Shown: positions 1-10,255, numbered from the stretch's first letter. The stretch is 64,000 nt of DNA from Bispira polyomma (GCA_965649765.1 OZ287750.1:16988001-17052000), one strand, 5' to 3'. The notes: generated by a model from the letters alone, not told the origin. A program made the numbers and translations.

Positions 1-447
1 TACTTACTCAAAAATGTAAAATATTAATTCATATATTTGCTTTGTATTTAAAATAACAGGTGCTTCTCACGTAAATATAAAATGTACACTATTCATAATA
101 ATAAAATATTACCAAATTCCGGCCAAAGTCCTTGCAACAAAAAGTTTTGGTCAAAGTTTTATTCAGAACATTTCCATACTAAGGTTTCTTTGATGTATAT
201 TGTAAGTGATAATTATGAATCAGGATACATTTGAACCCTGTTAAGTAAAACCTCAAAATACCACAAAAATACCTCTACTTAAGCAGGATGTCCACTTAAC
301 AGGGTGGAATTTATTAGAAATTGTCTAGATGGGGCCAAAAATATAGTTCTACTTAACAGGGAATTTCACATAGTTCTACCTAAGGGAGTGCGACTGTACT
401 GCACAAATCACATTATTTCTTAGTGTTACATATATCAATATAAACAG

Positions 448-634
448 GGTCTTCCTCCGCGTGTGAGCTGGACACTTCTAGCCCGACTTCTAGTCGTGTA
501 GAAGGCGTGGTGCCACAGCTTGTCAGGGAACATCACCCGGCAGTGAAACAGGAACTCATCAATTACCTGGGTTACTCCTCCACTCACCAGTTACCTGTAT
601 ACAGGTGCTTGATGAAAGAGGCCAACAAGGCACA
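448..634 (+). CDS. SZT2: SZT2 (KICSTOR scaffold) internal coding exon near the C-terminus
   Basis: aaacAG|...GCA CA|GTAAGT. Reads SSACELDTSSPTSSRVEGVVPQLVREHHPAVKQELINYLGYSSTHQLPVYRCLMKEANKAQ. Its phase-2 end joins exon 10099 in frame. Confidence 0.8.
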
Positions 635-691
635 GTAAGTTATTACATAGATTTATACACTGACATACATTAAATACACAGGCATTTACAA

Positions 692-886
692 GGACGGGAT
701 TTACCAACAAGGATCAGGATCAGATTAAGATCAGATCAAATTTGAGAAAAAAGTTCCAAGTGATCCCTTGGATCAAATTGGTATTCACAAAGCAAGAATC
801 ACTTGATCAGAAAATATCAAATATTTGATCTGTTTTTCTCAAATTTGATGTGATCTTAATTTGATCCCTTTCGTAAACAACGTTCC
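692..886. mobile_element. Palindromic MITE
   Basis: GGATCAGATTAAGATCAGATCAAATTTGAGAAAAA is inverted to TTTTTCTCAAATTTGATGTGATCTTAATTTGATCC. Confidence 0.65.
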
Positions 887-989
887 AGGTCACAAATGTA
901 CTCGTGTTTTCTTTTGGAAGTGTTACGGTTGCTATTTGTCTGTTCATATTTTTGTGAACAATATTTTGAATTTCAATTTATTTGGATTG

Positions 990-1215
990 AAACCTTGCTT
1001 TCAACAACTTATTGTATCGTGACGGCCAGATTTAGCAGTGAGAGAAAGCATTGCTGAACCACTGTAAACCAGTGCTGAACCACTGTAAACCAGTGCTGAA
1101 CCACTGTAAACCAGTGCTAAACCACTGTAAACCACTGACCTAGGGCAAGTATCTGACAAACTTTCCCACATGAAGGAACGAAAGGGATTTTAACCACTAT
1201 GGTCACTAATGCCAT
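990..1215 (-). mobile_element. SINE copy with an internal 20-bp tandem expansion (1053-1136)
   Basis: Shares ...aaccactgacctagggcaagtatctgacaaactttcccacatgaaggaa... with 36455-36645. Contains (GCTGAACCACTGTAAACCAGT)-like repeats. Confidence 0.65.
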
Positions 1216-1366
1216 ATCGAAGATATCCTAAACTGCTGATCTAATTTTTAAAAACAAGGTAATGTATGGCATCAAAAACTGGAGGTCAAAGGTCAAGGTC
1301 ACTAATCCTAGATTTCTGATTTTAATAAGGTGCCATGTCTAAGATCTCTATGATTTCTTAAAAAAA

Positions 1367-1516
1367 CACCCAAAAATTCGACCAAAAAATCACACAAGTC
1401 TTTTTTACAAAGACTATTCTTGTGATTTTATTTGAATCTCCTCACTAATGCCCCAGCGCATGCGCTGGAAGTGCTGTCTACTTCTTGTCCTCGAGAAACC
1501 CTTCACAATTAATTTG
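1367..1516. repeat. DIRS-like inverted terminal repeat (element 3' side)
   Basis: Reverse complement of 9658-9785 (cacccaaaaattcgaccaaaaaa...caaagactattcttgtgatt...ggaagt..gtctacttct..tcctcgaga..ccttcacaa). This copy carries an extra segment with GCGCATGCGC. Confidence 0.85.
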
Positions 1517-1565
1517 GGAGATGTCTGCACAAATAAAAGTGGGGTTGGACTGGGCGGGATCTGGT

Positions 1566-1669
1566 TTAGTGAGGATAAGGTAAGTATTTATCTTCTAAAA
1601 AGATAAATTACAATGAAATTTTTACATTTTATTTCAATAAATACACCTTACCTTATCCTCACTAATGCT
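1566..1669. repeat. DIRS-like internal complementary region (self-complementary junction)
   Basis: TTAGTGAGGATAAGGTAAG...TATTTAT pairs with ATAAATA...CTTACCTTATCCTCACTAA. The right arm is complementary to 9796-9840. Confidence 0.7.
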
Positions 1670-2054
1670 TGAATCCAACCTTGAAGAAGGAGGAGGGTTA
1701 TTTGTGTGAAACAGAGCCCACCTAAGGAATTAAGGAGTTTTTAAAGCATTAGTTATTGAGGATAAGGCATTTGACTTACTCTGACACTTCAAATGAAGCA
1801 CGTAAGTCTCACAAACCAGCCAACTACCTAACTGAACAACAAGTATTGCTGCGTTCTATACAGATATGACTGTACCATATATGCATGTCAATAGGCCAAA
1901 AGGATGATGTTTTCTGGCTATTATGCTAAACCTTCATCAAAATGACATCACATGCCACAGCTGATCTTTTCACAATATGCCACTCAATGAAAGGGCTTGC
2001 AAAGGAAACAGACAAGCCATCAGCACATGCAAAGATGTATGTAGACAGTATAAA

Positions 2055-2950
2055 GGCAATTACTTCACTGGACAATTTCTAATAAAAGCAGGAAGTATAC
2101 AACCAACAAACTACTTCACTTTGTAATAAGTAGTGCTATCCTGCAAATATGAATAAGGTCACTTCACTGGACAGTTCCTTATGTCCAAATCAGTATTCAA
2201 CCAAACCAAATCAGTATTCAAAAATTACTGATAAGTGTCTTGGCACCAGTAAAAATTCAATCAGCAACCCACTTCACTACAAGATAAGTGACGCTGTACG
2301 TTAAAGTAACCAAAAATTACTTCATTGAACAGCTCCTTAAGAACCAGTAAGCATTCAACTAACTGCCTACTCAACACCATACAAGTAGGACTGCCCTTTA
2401 AATATAAAAAGAATAACTTCACTAGACATTTTTATAAACCAGTAAGAATTCAACCAGCAAACCACTTCACTCCATGTAAATGGTGCTGTATTTCAAGGAT
2501 GAAGAAAGTTACTTTACTGAATAGTTCCCTAAGAAGCAGTAAATATTCAACTAACAGCCTACTTAACATCATGTAAGTAGTGCTGCCCTTTATTTATAAA
2601 AAGAATAACTTTACTGGGCAGTTTTATAAACCACTTCACTCCCTGTAAATGGTGCTATATTTCAAGGATAAAGAAAATTACTTCAACTGGACAATTATTG
2701 ACAACAGTAAGTAAACAACTAACAGCCTACTCAAAACCATGAAAGTTGTGCTGCCGTATAAGAATAAAGAGAATTACTTCACTGAACAGTTACTATATGT
2801 CAGTAAGTATTCAACCAGCAAACCACTTCACTCCATGTAGATGGTGCTGTATTTCAAGGATAAAGAAAGGTACTCCACTGGACATTTGTTATGAACCAGT
2901 ATCAACCGCCTACTCAAAAACATGGTAAGTAGAGCATGCCTCTATCATAA
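2055..2950. repeat. Degenerate ~96-bp tandem repeat inside the DIRS relic
   Basis: TTACTTCACTGGACA-like motif at ~2060, 2159, 2317, 2414, 2509, 2606, 2678, 2774 and 2870. Confidence 0.75.
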
Positions 2951-4640
2951 GTACTAAACATGTAGAGTATGAAAACCTGATCAAGAAGTAATACATCACC
3001 CACTTAATAGGTAAAGTACTGCACTGTAGCTGTCTTGCAAAGAAATAGTCATCTAGAATGGCACTAGATCTCCAAACTGAAAACCCTTCAGTTCTATACC
3101 TCACAGGTAGAGGACAGACAAATGAGAGAAACAAATAGCTCATCAGCATATGACTGTATGTTTGAACATAAAATAGTCCCTGTGAACTGTCAGATCTATC
3201 TAAATAATATGTTGCAGGTCTGGCAGGACACCAAAAAATAACTCCAGCAAATGAGGCATCCAGTGCAAATTTAACGGCTGGAATGATTACTAGTGGAATG
3301 TGGAATCTCAGAAGCCAACTAATTCAGTTCATTACTTTCAGACATGTCCAAAGCAGCAGTTAGCAACCTATCTGCAATTGCAATGTGATACTCAGCAATG
3401 GTTATAAATTCCTCGTCTGACCATCTTATGACTAGGATCATCATAAGTGACATCTGGACCTGAACAAGTCCTGTACAAAATCTGGGTAGATTGACACTCG
3501 GACAAAAGCATAACCATCCATAACCGTTTAATGTCTCTACTTGTATGATTATCAACATTTAATTTAAATCAACATGCATCTCCTCCAAATATTGTGAAAT
3601 TGTTTTGCTTGATTGCAAACAACTCGTTCATCTTGGATTCCCATATGAAAACTTTCCAAAATACTGCATTCCTTGAACAAAACATGACCCCTTAATAAGG
3701 ACATGAAAAAATTCAGTTGTGATCTGAACTACAATCTGCTTATATACTGTGCATTCACAAAAAATCCTGCTTCAGTAGGAAATGACAGTCTAGAAATTTG
3801 ATTCAGTATGTCACATCAATTTCAGACCTAAATAAACAACAGCCAGTCCATGGATATAAAAAATATGATCCAATTTGTGGGAGACTTCACATTCGAACGA
3901 ATCACAAAAATTAATACATGAAAATCGGTGCCAAGCACCACCCATGTAGCCTGTAGATTACAATATTCTGAGTAATTTAGTACTTGTATCTTGTAAATCA
4001 CTGTATCTTGTAAATCACTGTATCTTGTAAATCTGAATTGACAAATTGACAAATCTGGGAGTCGAAATATATGATTTAGAACTCTTCCCAAGAACAGTCA
4101 CTACTTCTTAAGCAATGCTGGATAAGACTGTGTTTAGCCAGAATACTGCAAGTTTTCACTGTGACAAAGCTGGCCTTTTGTGCAAGTTGAGAAGTTGTAC
4201 AAGCCTCTGCTTCTTCGTGACTGTCTAGACAGAAATCTCTGATGAGACTAGGATATAGCATAAAAACTGTTTTCTGTCAAAAAACATGGCTATTTCACCG
4301 ATTTGACAGTGTTCTGCCCAATCTTGAAACTTACATCACATCTTCCAGCAAAGCTGTATCTTTCTTGATAGCTGGAGAATCTGTGAGTCTGACATAATCC
4401 AGATTCTCCATAAAAGTTCAGACAACCTCTGTGAAACAGTCAACAACGAATCTGAAGAATTTGATGACTGTGAAGACTACTGTTGAGAAGACACTGCAAT
4501 TTCCTGGTTACTCTGTCTTCTGTCCATATAAGACTAATCTTAGAATACTGACTCTCAAGATTAGACATGGTTATATGTTAAATAATAATAATACATGGGT
4601 GCATTCTGAGTGTGAAAGAATGACAAAATGGGCTCTCCGG

Positions 4641-7043
4641 TTAAATAAATTGGTTAATTCCGACTGGATGGATAGCCCCAATTTTCCACATCCACCATTT
4701 CTCTCTCATTTTTCTATGATCAGATTTGGCAGTGTTATATTTTAGGGAGCACCATTCCAAAATAGAGAATTGCATATTTTTTACAGAATGTCCCTTACTA
4801 GTAAAATGTCTAGATACAGGGGTGATTCTGTTATCCTTTGGTTTAGAGACAGATAGTCTGTGTTCATAAATCCTAGCCCTAAATGGGCATCCTGTTTCTC
4901 CAACATAGTACTTATCACACTTGCTACATGTGATTAAGTATACTATGTCACTTAGTTCACAAGTAACATGTTTGGGGAGATCAGTGATAAATATCCTTTC
5001 ATTAGATATTTTTCCTATTACTTCTGTCTTATTTTTGATCAGAGGGCAATAGGTACACTTGCCAAGTCTTGTGCAGTGTTTTGGAAGGATTTGTTTGGTT
5101 TTTAGTCCTTTGGGTGGGTAACTGATTGAAACATTGGTAAGCAGATCCCTGAGGTTTGGTAATCTCCTGAAGCCAATCAGTGGTTCTTTACTGAACGTTT
5201 CGGCACAGTCATTACTGTGCTTAATTATGTTCCAGTTGTTATGGATAAACCCTTTGATGTCAGGGTTATTAGGGTTGAATTTTGTTATCATGACTGGGTT
5301 GGTTGAGGGAACTTTTTGTTTTACCTCAAGTAATTCATCTTGTGTGAATTTAGCAGCTTTAAGCATGTGCTTTTTAAGTGATTTGAGTGGGTACCCTCTG
5401 TTCAGGTAGTGTTCAATCATTTTGATTCCATGATGTATGAAATCTTCGTTTTTGGTGCATATTCTTCTAATTCTTAAGAATTGTGCAAATGGTCCTTTAG
5501 TGTGGCAAGGTCTATGGTGGGCTGAAGTGTGGTGCAGATATAAGTGTGTATCTGTCAGTTTTTCAAACAAAGTAGTGAAGAGTTTTCTGTTGTTATCAAT
5601 CTTGACTGTTGTATCTAAGAAATTGATTGATTCTTTGTTAAGTTCATATGTGAATTTAATTTTTGGGTGAATATTATTGATATATTCAATGAAATTCATT
5701 AGTTCATCTGTGCCATGTGTCCATATCATGAAAATGTCATCTATGAATCTGAGCCATAGTGGTGGTTTGTTCTGCCAGTTTTGTAGTGCCTTGGTTTCAA
5801 ATCTGTCCATGAACAAATTTGCATAGTTGGGGGCTAAGGCAGTCCCCATAGCTGTTCCTCCTATTTGTTGGAAGTAGTCCTCATTAAATGTGAAATTCAT
5901 ACTGTGTAGTACCAGTTTTAGTAATTCCAGAATATAAGGTGTGATTGGGTCTTTAATTTTATCCTGTCTGAGATGTGCTGCCACTGCCACAATACCCTCA
6001 TGATTAGGGATATTGGTGTACAGTGAGGATACATCTAGTGTTACTAAGAGTGCTCCATTAGGGATTTGTCCCATTTGTTTGAGCTTACTAATGAAGTGTT
6101 GAGTATCTCTTATGTAGGATTTAGTTTTAGGGACATATTCTCTAATATGTGCATCAACAAATTTGCTGATGTTACAAGTGGGGTGGCCTATTGAGCTACA
6201 AATTGGTCTACCAGGAACCTGTTTTTTATGTATTTTTGGTAGGAGGTAGAATCTACCTGGTTTAGGTTGTTGGATATTAAGGTAATCAAAATTTTGTTGG
6301 GTGATTAGCTTATGGTTTTTCATTTGTGTTAAAACCTGGCAAATCTTGTCTGAGATTTTCAGTGTTGGGTCTTCTTTTAGTTTAGTATAGAAGTTTTTAT
6401 CACTGAGTTGTCGATATCCTTCCCTTAGGTAGTCAGTGGTGTTCATAACTACGACAGCTGATCCTTTGTCAGCTTTCTTGATAACAATCTCAGGGTTTTT
6501 CCTGAGTTCATTTAGGCCTTGCCATTGCTGTTTGGTAAGGTTAGGGTGTCTATGGTTTTGGTTTGTCTTACTGTTGAGTAAGTCTACTTTGAAAGCTCTT
6601 TTGAATGAGTCCAATGTTTTGTTTGGGGGATTTGGTCTCCAGGATGATTTATTCTTGAAGGTTTTGTGGATATCCTTATAGGGATCATGCACTATTTCAG
6701 GGGCATCTTGTGTGTCCCTTGCGTTTTCATTCATAAAGTCAATGATACTTTGGGTGATATTAATATCAACTGTAGGAGTATCTGAGGAGAAGAATTGTCT
6801 TAGTTCAAGTCTCCTATTGAATTCTTTAAAGTCATCCCAAATCAGGGATTTATTAGGAGTACCAGGTGTAGGACAAAATGTTAGTCCTTTTTCTAGTGCT
6901 GTGACTTGATGTTCAGTAAGGGTTATTTTTGATATGTTAATGACATTATGTCCAATATAACTATCAAAATGGGTCCCTGTGGGGAGGATGCCTGGTGTGG
7001 CATTTATTGCTTCTAGTTCAATCTGTTCTTTTAAGCAGGCCAT
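4641..7043 (-). CDS. Penelope-like reverse transcriptase with C-terminal GIY-YIG endonuclease (800 aa)
   Basis: PLE RT motifs KGLTFCP, ADKG, FYLLPKIHK, GRPI, LDVSSLYTNIP, GTAMG, RFIDD and INFLD. Cys linker CTRLGKCTYC is Neptune-like. The endonuclease has VYLITCSKC..YVGET..R..EH..HF (CCHH) and GIN. Confidence 0.96.
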   Translation of the reverse strand: MACLKEQIELEAINATPGILPTGTHFDSYIGHNVINISKITLTEHQVTALEKGLTFCPTPGTPNKSLIWDDFKEFNRRLELRQFFSSDTPTVDINITQSIIDFMNENARDTQDAPEIVHDPYKDIHKTFKNKSSWRPNPPNKTLDSFKRAFKVDLLNSKTNQNHRHPNLTKQQWQGLNELRKNPEIVIKKADKGSAVVVMNTTDYLREGYRQLSDKNFYTKLKEDPTLKISDKICQVLTQMKNHKLITQQNFDYLNIQQPKPGRFYLLPKIHKKQVPGRPICSSIGHPTCNISKFVDAHIREYVPKTKSYIRDTQHFISKLKQMGQIPNGALLVTLDVSSLYTNIPNHEGIVAVAAHLRQDKIKDPITPYILELLKLVLHSMNFTFNEDYFQQIGGTAMGTALAPNYANLFMDRFETKALQNWQNKPPLWLRFIDDIFMIWTHGTDELMNFIEYINNIHPKIKFTYELNKESINFLDTTVKIDNNRKLFTTLFEKLTDTHLYLHHTSAHHRPCHTKGPFAQFLRIRRICTKNEDFIHHGIKMIEHYLNRGYPLKSLKKHMLKAAKFTQDELLEVKQKVPSTNPVMITKFNPNNPDIKGFIHNNWNIIKHSNDCAETFSKEPLIGFRRLPNLRDLLTNVSISYPPKGLKTKQILPKHCTRLGKCTYCPLIKNKTEVIGKISNERIFITDLPKHVTCELSDIVYLITCSKCDKYYVGETGCPFRARIYEHRLSVSKPKDNRITPVSRHFTSKGHSVKNMQFSILEWCSLKYNTAKSDHRKMREKWWMWKIGAIHPVGINQFI

Positions 7044-7219
7044 ATTAAGATAAGCATAAATATATGAATATATATATAATATTGAGTGAAAAAAACTGCT
7101 GTACTGAGGTAGTTTTTATTATGTGCAATTGCACCTGTTTTAAAAAGTATATAGTGATATGTTATAGAACAGGTGAATAAATAACATTATGGTGCAAATT
7201 CAAAAATGAGGTTGTCTGT

Positions 7220-7903
7220 TTATTTTAACAGTTTCTTCAGCTGCATCATAAATTTTTGGAGGGGTACATCGTTTTGTTTCCTTCCTTTATTGGGTATGAC
7301 CCTCCTTCTTTTGGTTGGGCGGGCTGAATTTCCATTGGGTAATTCATATTGCCTCTTGGCTTTGTTGGTCATAGTTGGTACTAGCTGAGTGGTTCTCTGT
7401 TGTAGGGAATCTTTGATTTCTTTGAGTTGGTCAGAACGTAATATCTTCTCCAATTCTTGGAAGTCAGTGTTAATGAGGCTCTTGATGTGGGAGTATTTTT
7501 CAAAGAGTTCATCTAATAGTGTTTTAGTGAGTATCTATTTACACTCTTCAATGATGGTGGTCCATTTAGCTTGGACATTATCACTTCTGCTCCTATTAAT
7601 ATTGAATTTGAACTCAATACTAGGTGGGTAAGTTTTTTTCAGCAATTTGCTATGCATTTTACTGATTTGACTGGCCAGTGCTATTTTCTTCCTGGTGTTG
7701 TTTTTCAACCTCAGGTAGATGGGTTTGGACTCCTGTGGGTATCCACTCCTTTGTGGGATGGCACTTGGACCTCCACTTGGGCTTATCTCTCTTCTGGGTC
7801 GTTTACCACTCTTGGGGCATTGCTCCTTGGGTTGGCTGGTCAGTTTGTTGCCGGCTGCCATAAGGAGATCCAGAGTTTCATCAGACAATTTGTCTTTAGG
7901 CAT
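7220..7903 (-). pseudogene. PLE upstream ORF1 (227 codons, one in-frame TAG at 7535-7537)
   Basis: ORFs 7535-7903 and 7220-7453 share one frame, joined as ...IIEECK*ILTKTLLDELFEKYSHIKSLINTDFQELEKIL.... The product is basic and helical, with NLS-like GKRPRR and KRRR. Confidence 0.7.
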
Positions 7904-8518
7904 TGGTGTATCAGCAGCTCTAATGTCCTTGATTTCAGACTGGACATATTATACATATTCACCAGGTTAAAAAATACACTTTAACCTAGATATATGCACA
8001 ATTATGTGTACATCTATTTAGTTACCCCAATTGCTGTATTATCATATGGACTGTAAGGGACCCCACAAAAGAAAGGGGACCACTTACCTATATCTTTACA
8101 AGAATAAAATAAAAATATATTTCCATGAATAACAGAACTTTCATTACCTGTGTCTATTATAATGTCTGTAAGGGGTGTAAATAACACCAGGACTCCCACT
8201 TCAATAATAGACTACATTTAAAGGTAACACTTGTAACCAGAAGTGAACATATATTCCAATGATACCCAACCTTCCTAAGTCATTAGGAGGCAATAGGTCT
8301 GAATGCAATGTGAATCAAATATGGAATATCATCCCAAAAATATTTAAAATCATTAAAATCGATTTTAAACAATACAAAAAGTGACCTACCTACTAAATTA
8401 AAATTTCACCAGCACCCACTTTTCAGGTGAAAAACCGGTGCATACACCAGGTGCAATAAACCGGTGCAATTGCACTCCTCAAAAGGTACTTCAGGGGATA
8501 AGTTACCACTAATCTCCA

Positions 8519-8588
8519 GCCTCTGATGAGAAAGTCAAAATCACTTTCGAAATACAAGTTGTATTAATAAAATATAACAGTATCAGGC
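8519..8588 (+). ncRNA. Type I hammerhead ribozyme
   Basis: Stem I GCCT 8519-22/AGGC 8585-88. Core CTGATGA 8523-29. Stem II GAAAGT/ACTTTC. GAAA 8549-52. Stem III ATAC/GTAT, extended by GTTGTATT/AATATAAC. Cleavage triplet AUC, with the cut predicted after 8584. Confidence 0.9.
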
Positions 8589-9657
8589 CAACACATAGTA
8601 TACAGAGAGAACTATCTTACCAGTGATTACCTACACTTCACTTATTTTCTGTTATATGTTAAATAACACAGATCTTCTGTCTTTAGTCATAGCTTCATCA
8701 ACAGGACATAATAACACAGAAACTGGTAGATATTCTGATTCATCCCCCAGCATTCTGACAGGTCGACGTAGACGCTCTTTGGTAGCTTCAAGACACAAAA
8801 ATTGTGGTAACAAAGCTGACAGAGAGGTAACTCAGGGATCAATCAGCTGTAAGACATACTAAAAGCTTCCAGTGTTCACAACGAACAATAAGCAAGAAAT
8901 AGATCAGTCATCTTCAGGTAGATCTAGGATCATCATCTGTAGGACATACTAAGAGCTTCTAGCGTTCACAATGAACTATAAGCAATTAATATATCACCCA
9001 AATGCTGTGGAGGCTTTTAACAAGCACACAGCTCTGAGTTTGTTGAAACATCACTGTTAGGACATCACAGTTCGTACATCACTTTTGTAACATCTCAAGC
9101 AAAAAACTGTATCTCCAGGACCAATGTATGCTGCCATATGACTTCTCAGCTACACCATCCTCACTATGCACAGTAGTAGTAGCACCCAACACATTTCCCG
9201 ACTCGAATTTAAAAAGTCGATCCGAAGTGGTGGCGAATTGAGCCATAATCGCCTGCAGGACTGAGTCCATACCTGATGCTGTATAGTGTTGATGATTTTG
9301 GGCAGAAACGACCTCTGTTAAAGGTCGATCCTCCCGACCTTGTCATGCCTCCTAATCTTGGCGTCACTGTTGAGACATCACCATTGGGACATTCGTACAA
9401 ACTCACAAACGCTGTGGAGGCTTTTAAGCACACAAACAGAAGTTTTCCAAAATAGCTGTTTCAAAACTCGGGAATGAATGCAAAAGATCGCCAACGAAAT
9501 GGTAGGTCTGTTAAATTCTCAAAACGCTGCGTTAGAAGAATATCACTGCAGAGACCAAAGTTCCTCAGCCATAATATATGCTGCCTTATGAAAAAAAGCA
9601 TCTTCTCTTGTAAAAATCCATAGTAGTAGATCGAACTAGGTGTTGACACAATGGCGA

Positions 9658-9843
9658 CCAAATTATTTGTGAAGGATATCTCGAGGATGAGAAGTAGACG
9701 GGACTTCCGGTGATTCAAGTATAATCACAAGAATAGTCTTTGTAAAAAAGACTTATGTGCTTTTTTGGTCGAATTTTTGGGTGTACTAAATTAAAAGCAT
9801 TAGTAAGGATAAGGTAAGGTGTATTTATCGCAATAAAAAAAAA
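9658..9843. repeat. DIRS-like inverted terminal repeat (element 5' side) and terminus
   Basis: Inverted match to both 1367-1516 and 1627-1669. Confidence 0.85.
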
Positions 9844-10098
9844 TCGTTGATAGTTCAGAAAACTACATTACTACAATAAGATGACAATAAAGGCAATTTA
9901 CTAACATGAGATGTATTACTGACTTTCTCTTTGCATATCACCATCTATCAATGTAGTAAATTAAAAATACAAAACTTTTGATATTGATAACTGCGATTTG
10001 TGTCGAAGTAATATATGTGCATAGAATAACCATGAATTACAATATCCTTTAAAACAAAAATGGAATAAAAAAATTATATTTTTTATTCAAACTCTTAG

Positions 10099-10255
10099 AA
10101 CTCGACTCCAGAAGATGGTGTCTGTTGCTATGGTGCAGTGTCGTCGTGACATGCTATGGCAGCGTATGCTGATCAACACCAACTTGGGAGAAGAGAGTGC
10201 TCTCAGACGTCGGCATAAGTCAGGCTGGCTGGCCTCTGATAACGCTAATGATCCG
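10099..10255 (+). CDS. SZT2: SZT2 coding exon
   Basis: ctcttAG|A ACT...GAT CCG|GTAAGT. Reads TRLQKMVSVAMVQCRRDMLWQRMLINTNLGEESALRRRHKSGWLASDNANDP. CRRDxLWxR matches the SZT2 C-terminal region as I recall it. Confidence 0.88.

Larger units (their letters stand above)
4570..8666 (-). mobile_element. Penelope-like element (EN+, Neptune-like), apparently full length
   Basis: Contains the RT-GIY-YIG ORF, an upstream ORF and a hammerhead motif. Bounded by identical GTTATATGTTAAATAA at 4570-4585 and 8651-8666. Confidence 0.88.
1367..9843 (-). mobile_element. Degenerate DIRS-like (tyrosine-recombinase) retrotransposon, interrupted by a Penelope-like element
   Basis: Inverted repeats at 1367-1516 and 9658-9785. 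An ICR-like segment at 1627-1669 is complementary to the 9796-9840 terminus. Decayed minus-strand remnants include ELFAIKQN and YAF..LP (DLFA/YAFPP MT-like region, ~3500-3660), GFS...R...ST (~3010-3090) and a gag-like coiled coil LQAIMAQFATTSDRL (9079-9270). Confidence 0.7.

Noticed and set aside
2325-2928. Short ORFs sharing IQPANHFTPC.WCCISR
   Set aside because: The shared peptide comes from the 96-bp tandem repeat.
3983-4035. 17-18-bp triple repeat TGTATCTTGTAAATCAC
   Set aside because: Local slippage within decayed DIRS sequence.
4641-7043. Telomerase, group II intron RT or Naiad-type selenoprotein PLE
   Set aside because: The GIY-YIG domain is C-terminal with PLE motifs, and there are no in-frame TGA codons.
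5134-7984. Plus-strand ORFs (5134, 5437, 6436, 6712, 7206, 7389, 7571, 7678, 7719)
   Set aside because: These are antisense shadows of the PLE ORFs, with no recognisable motifs.
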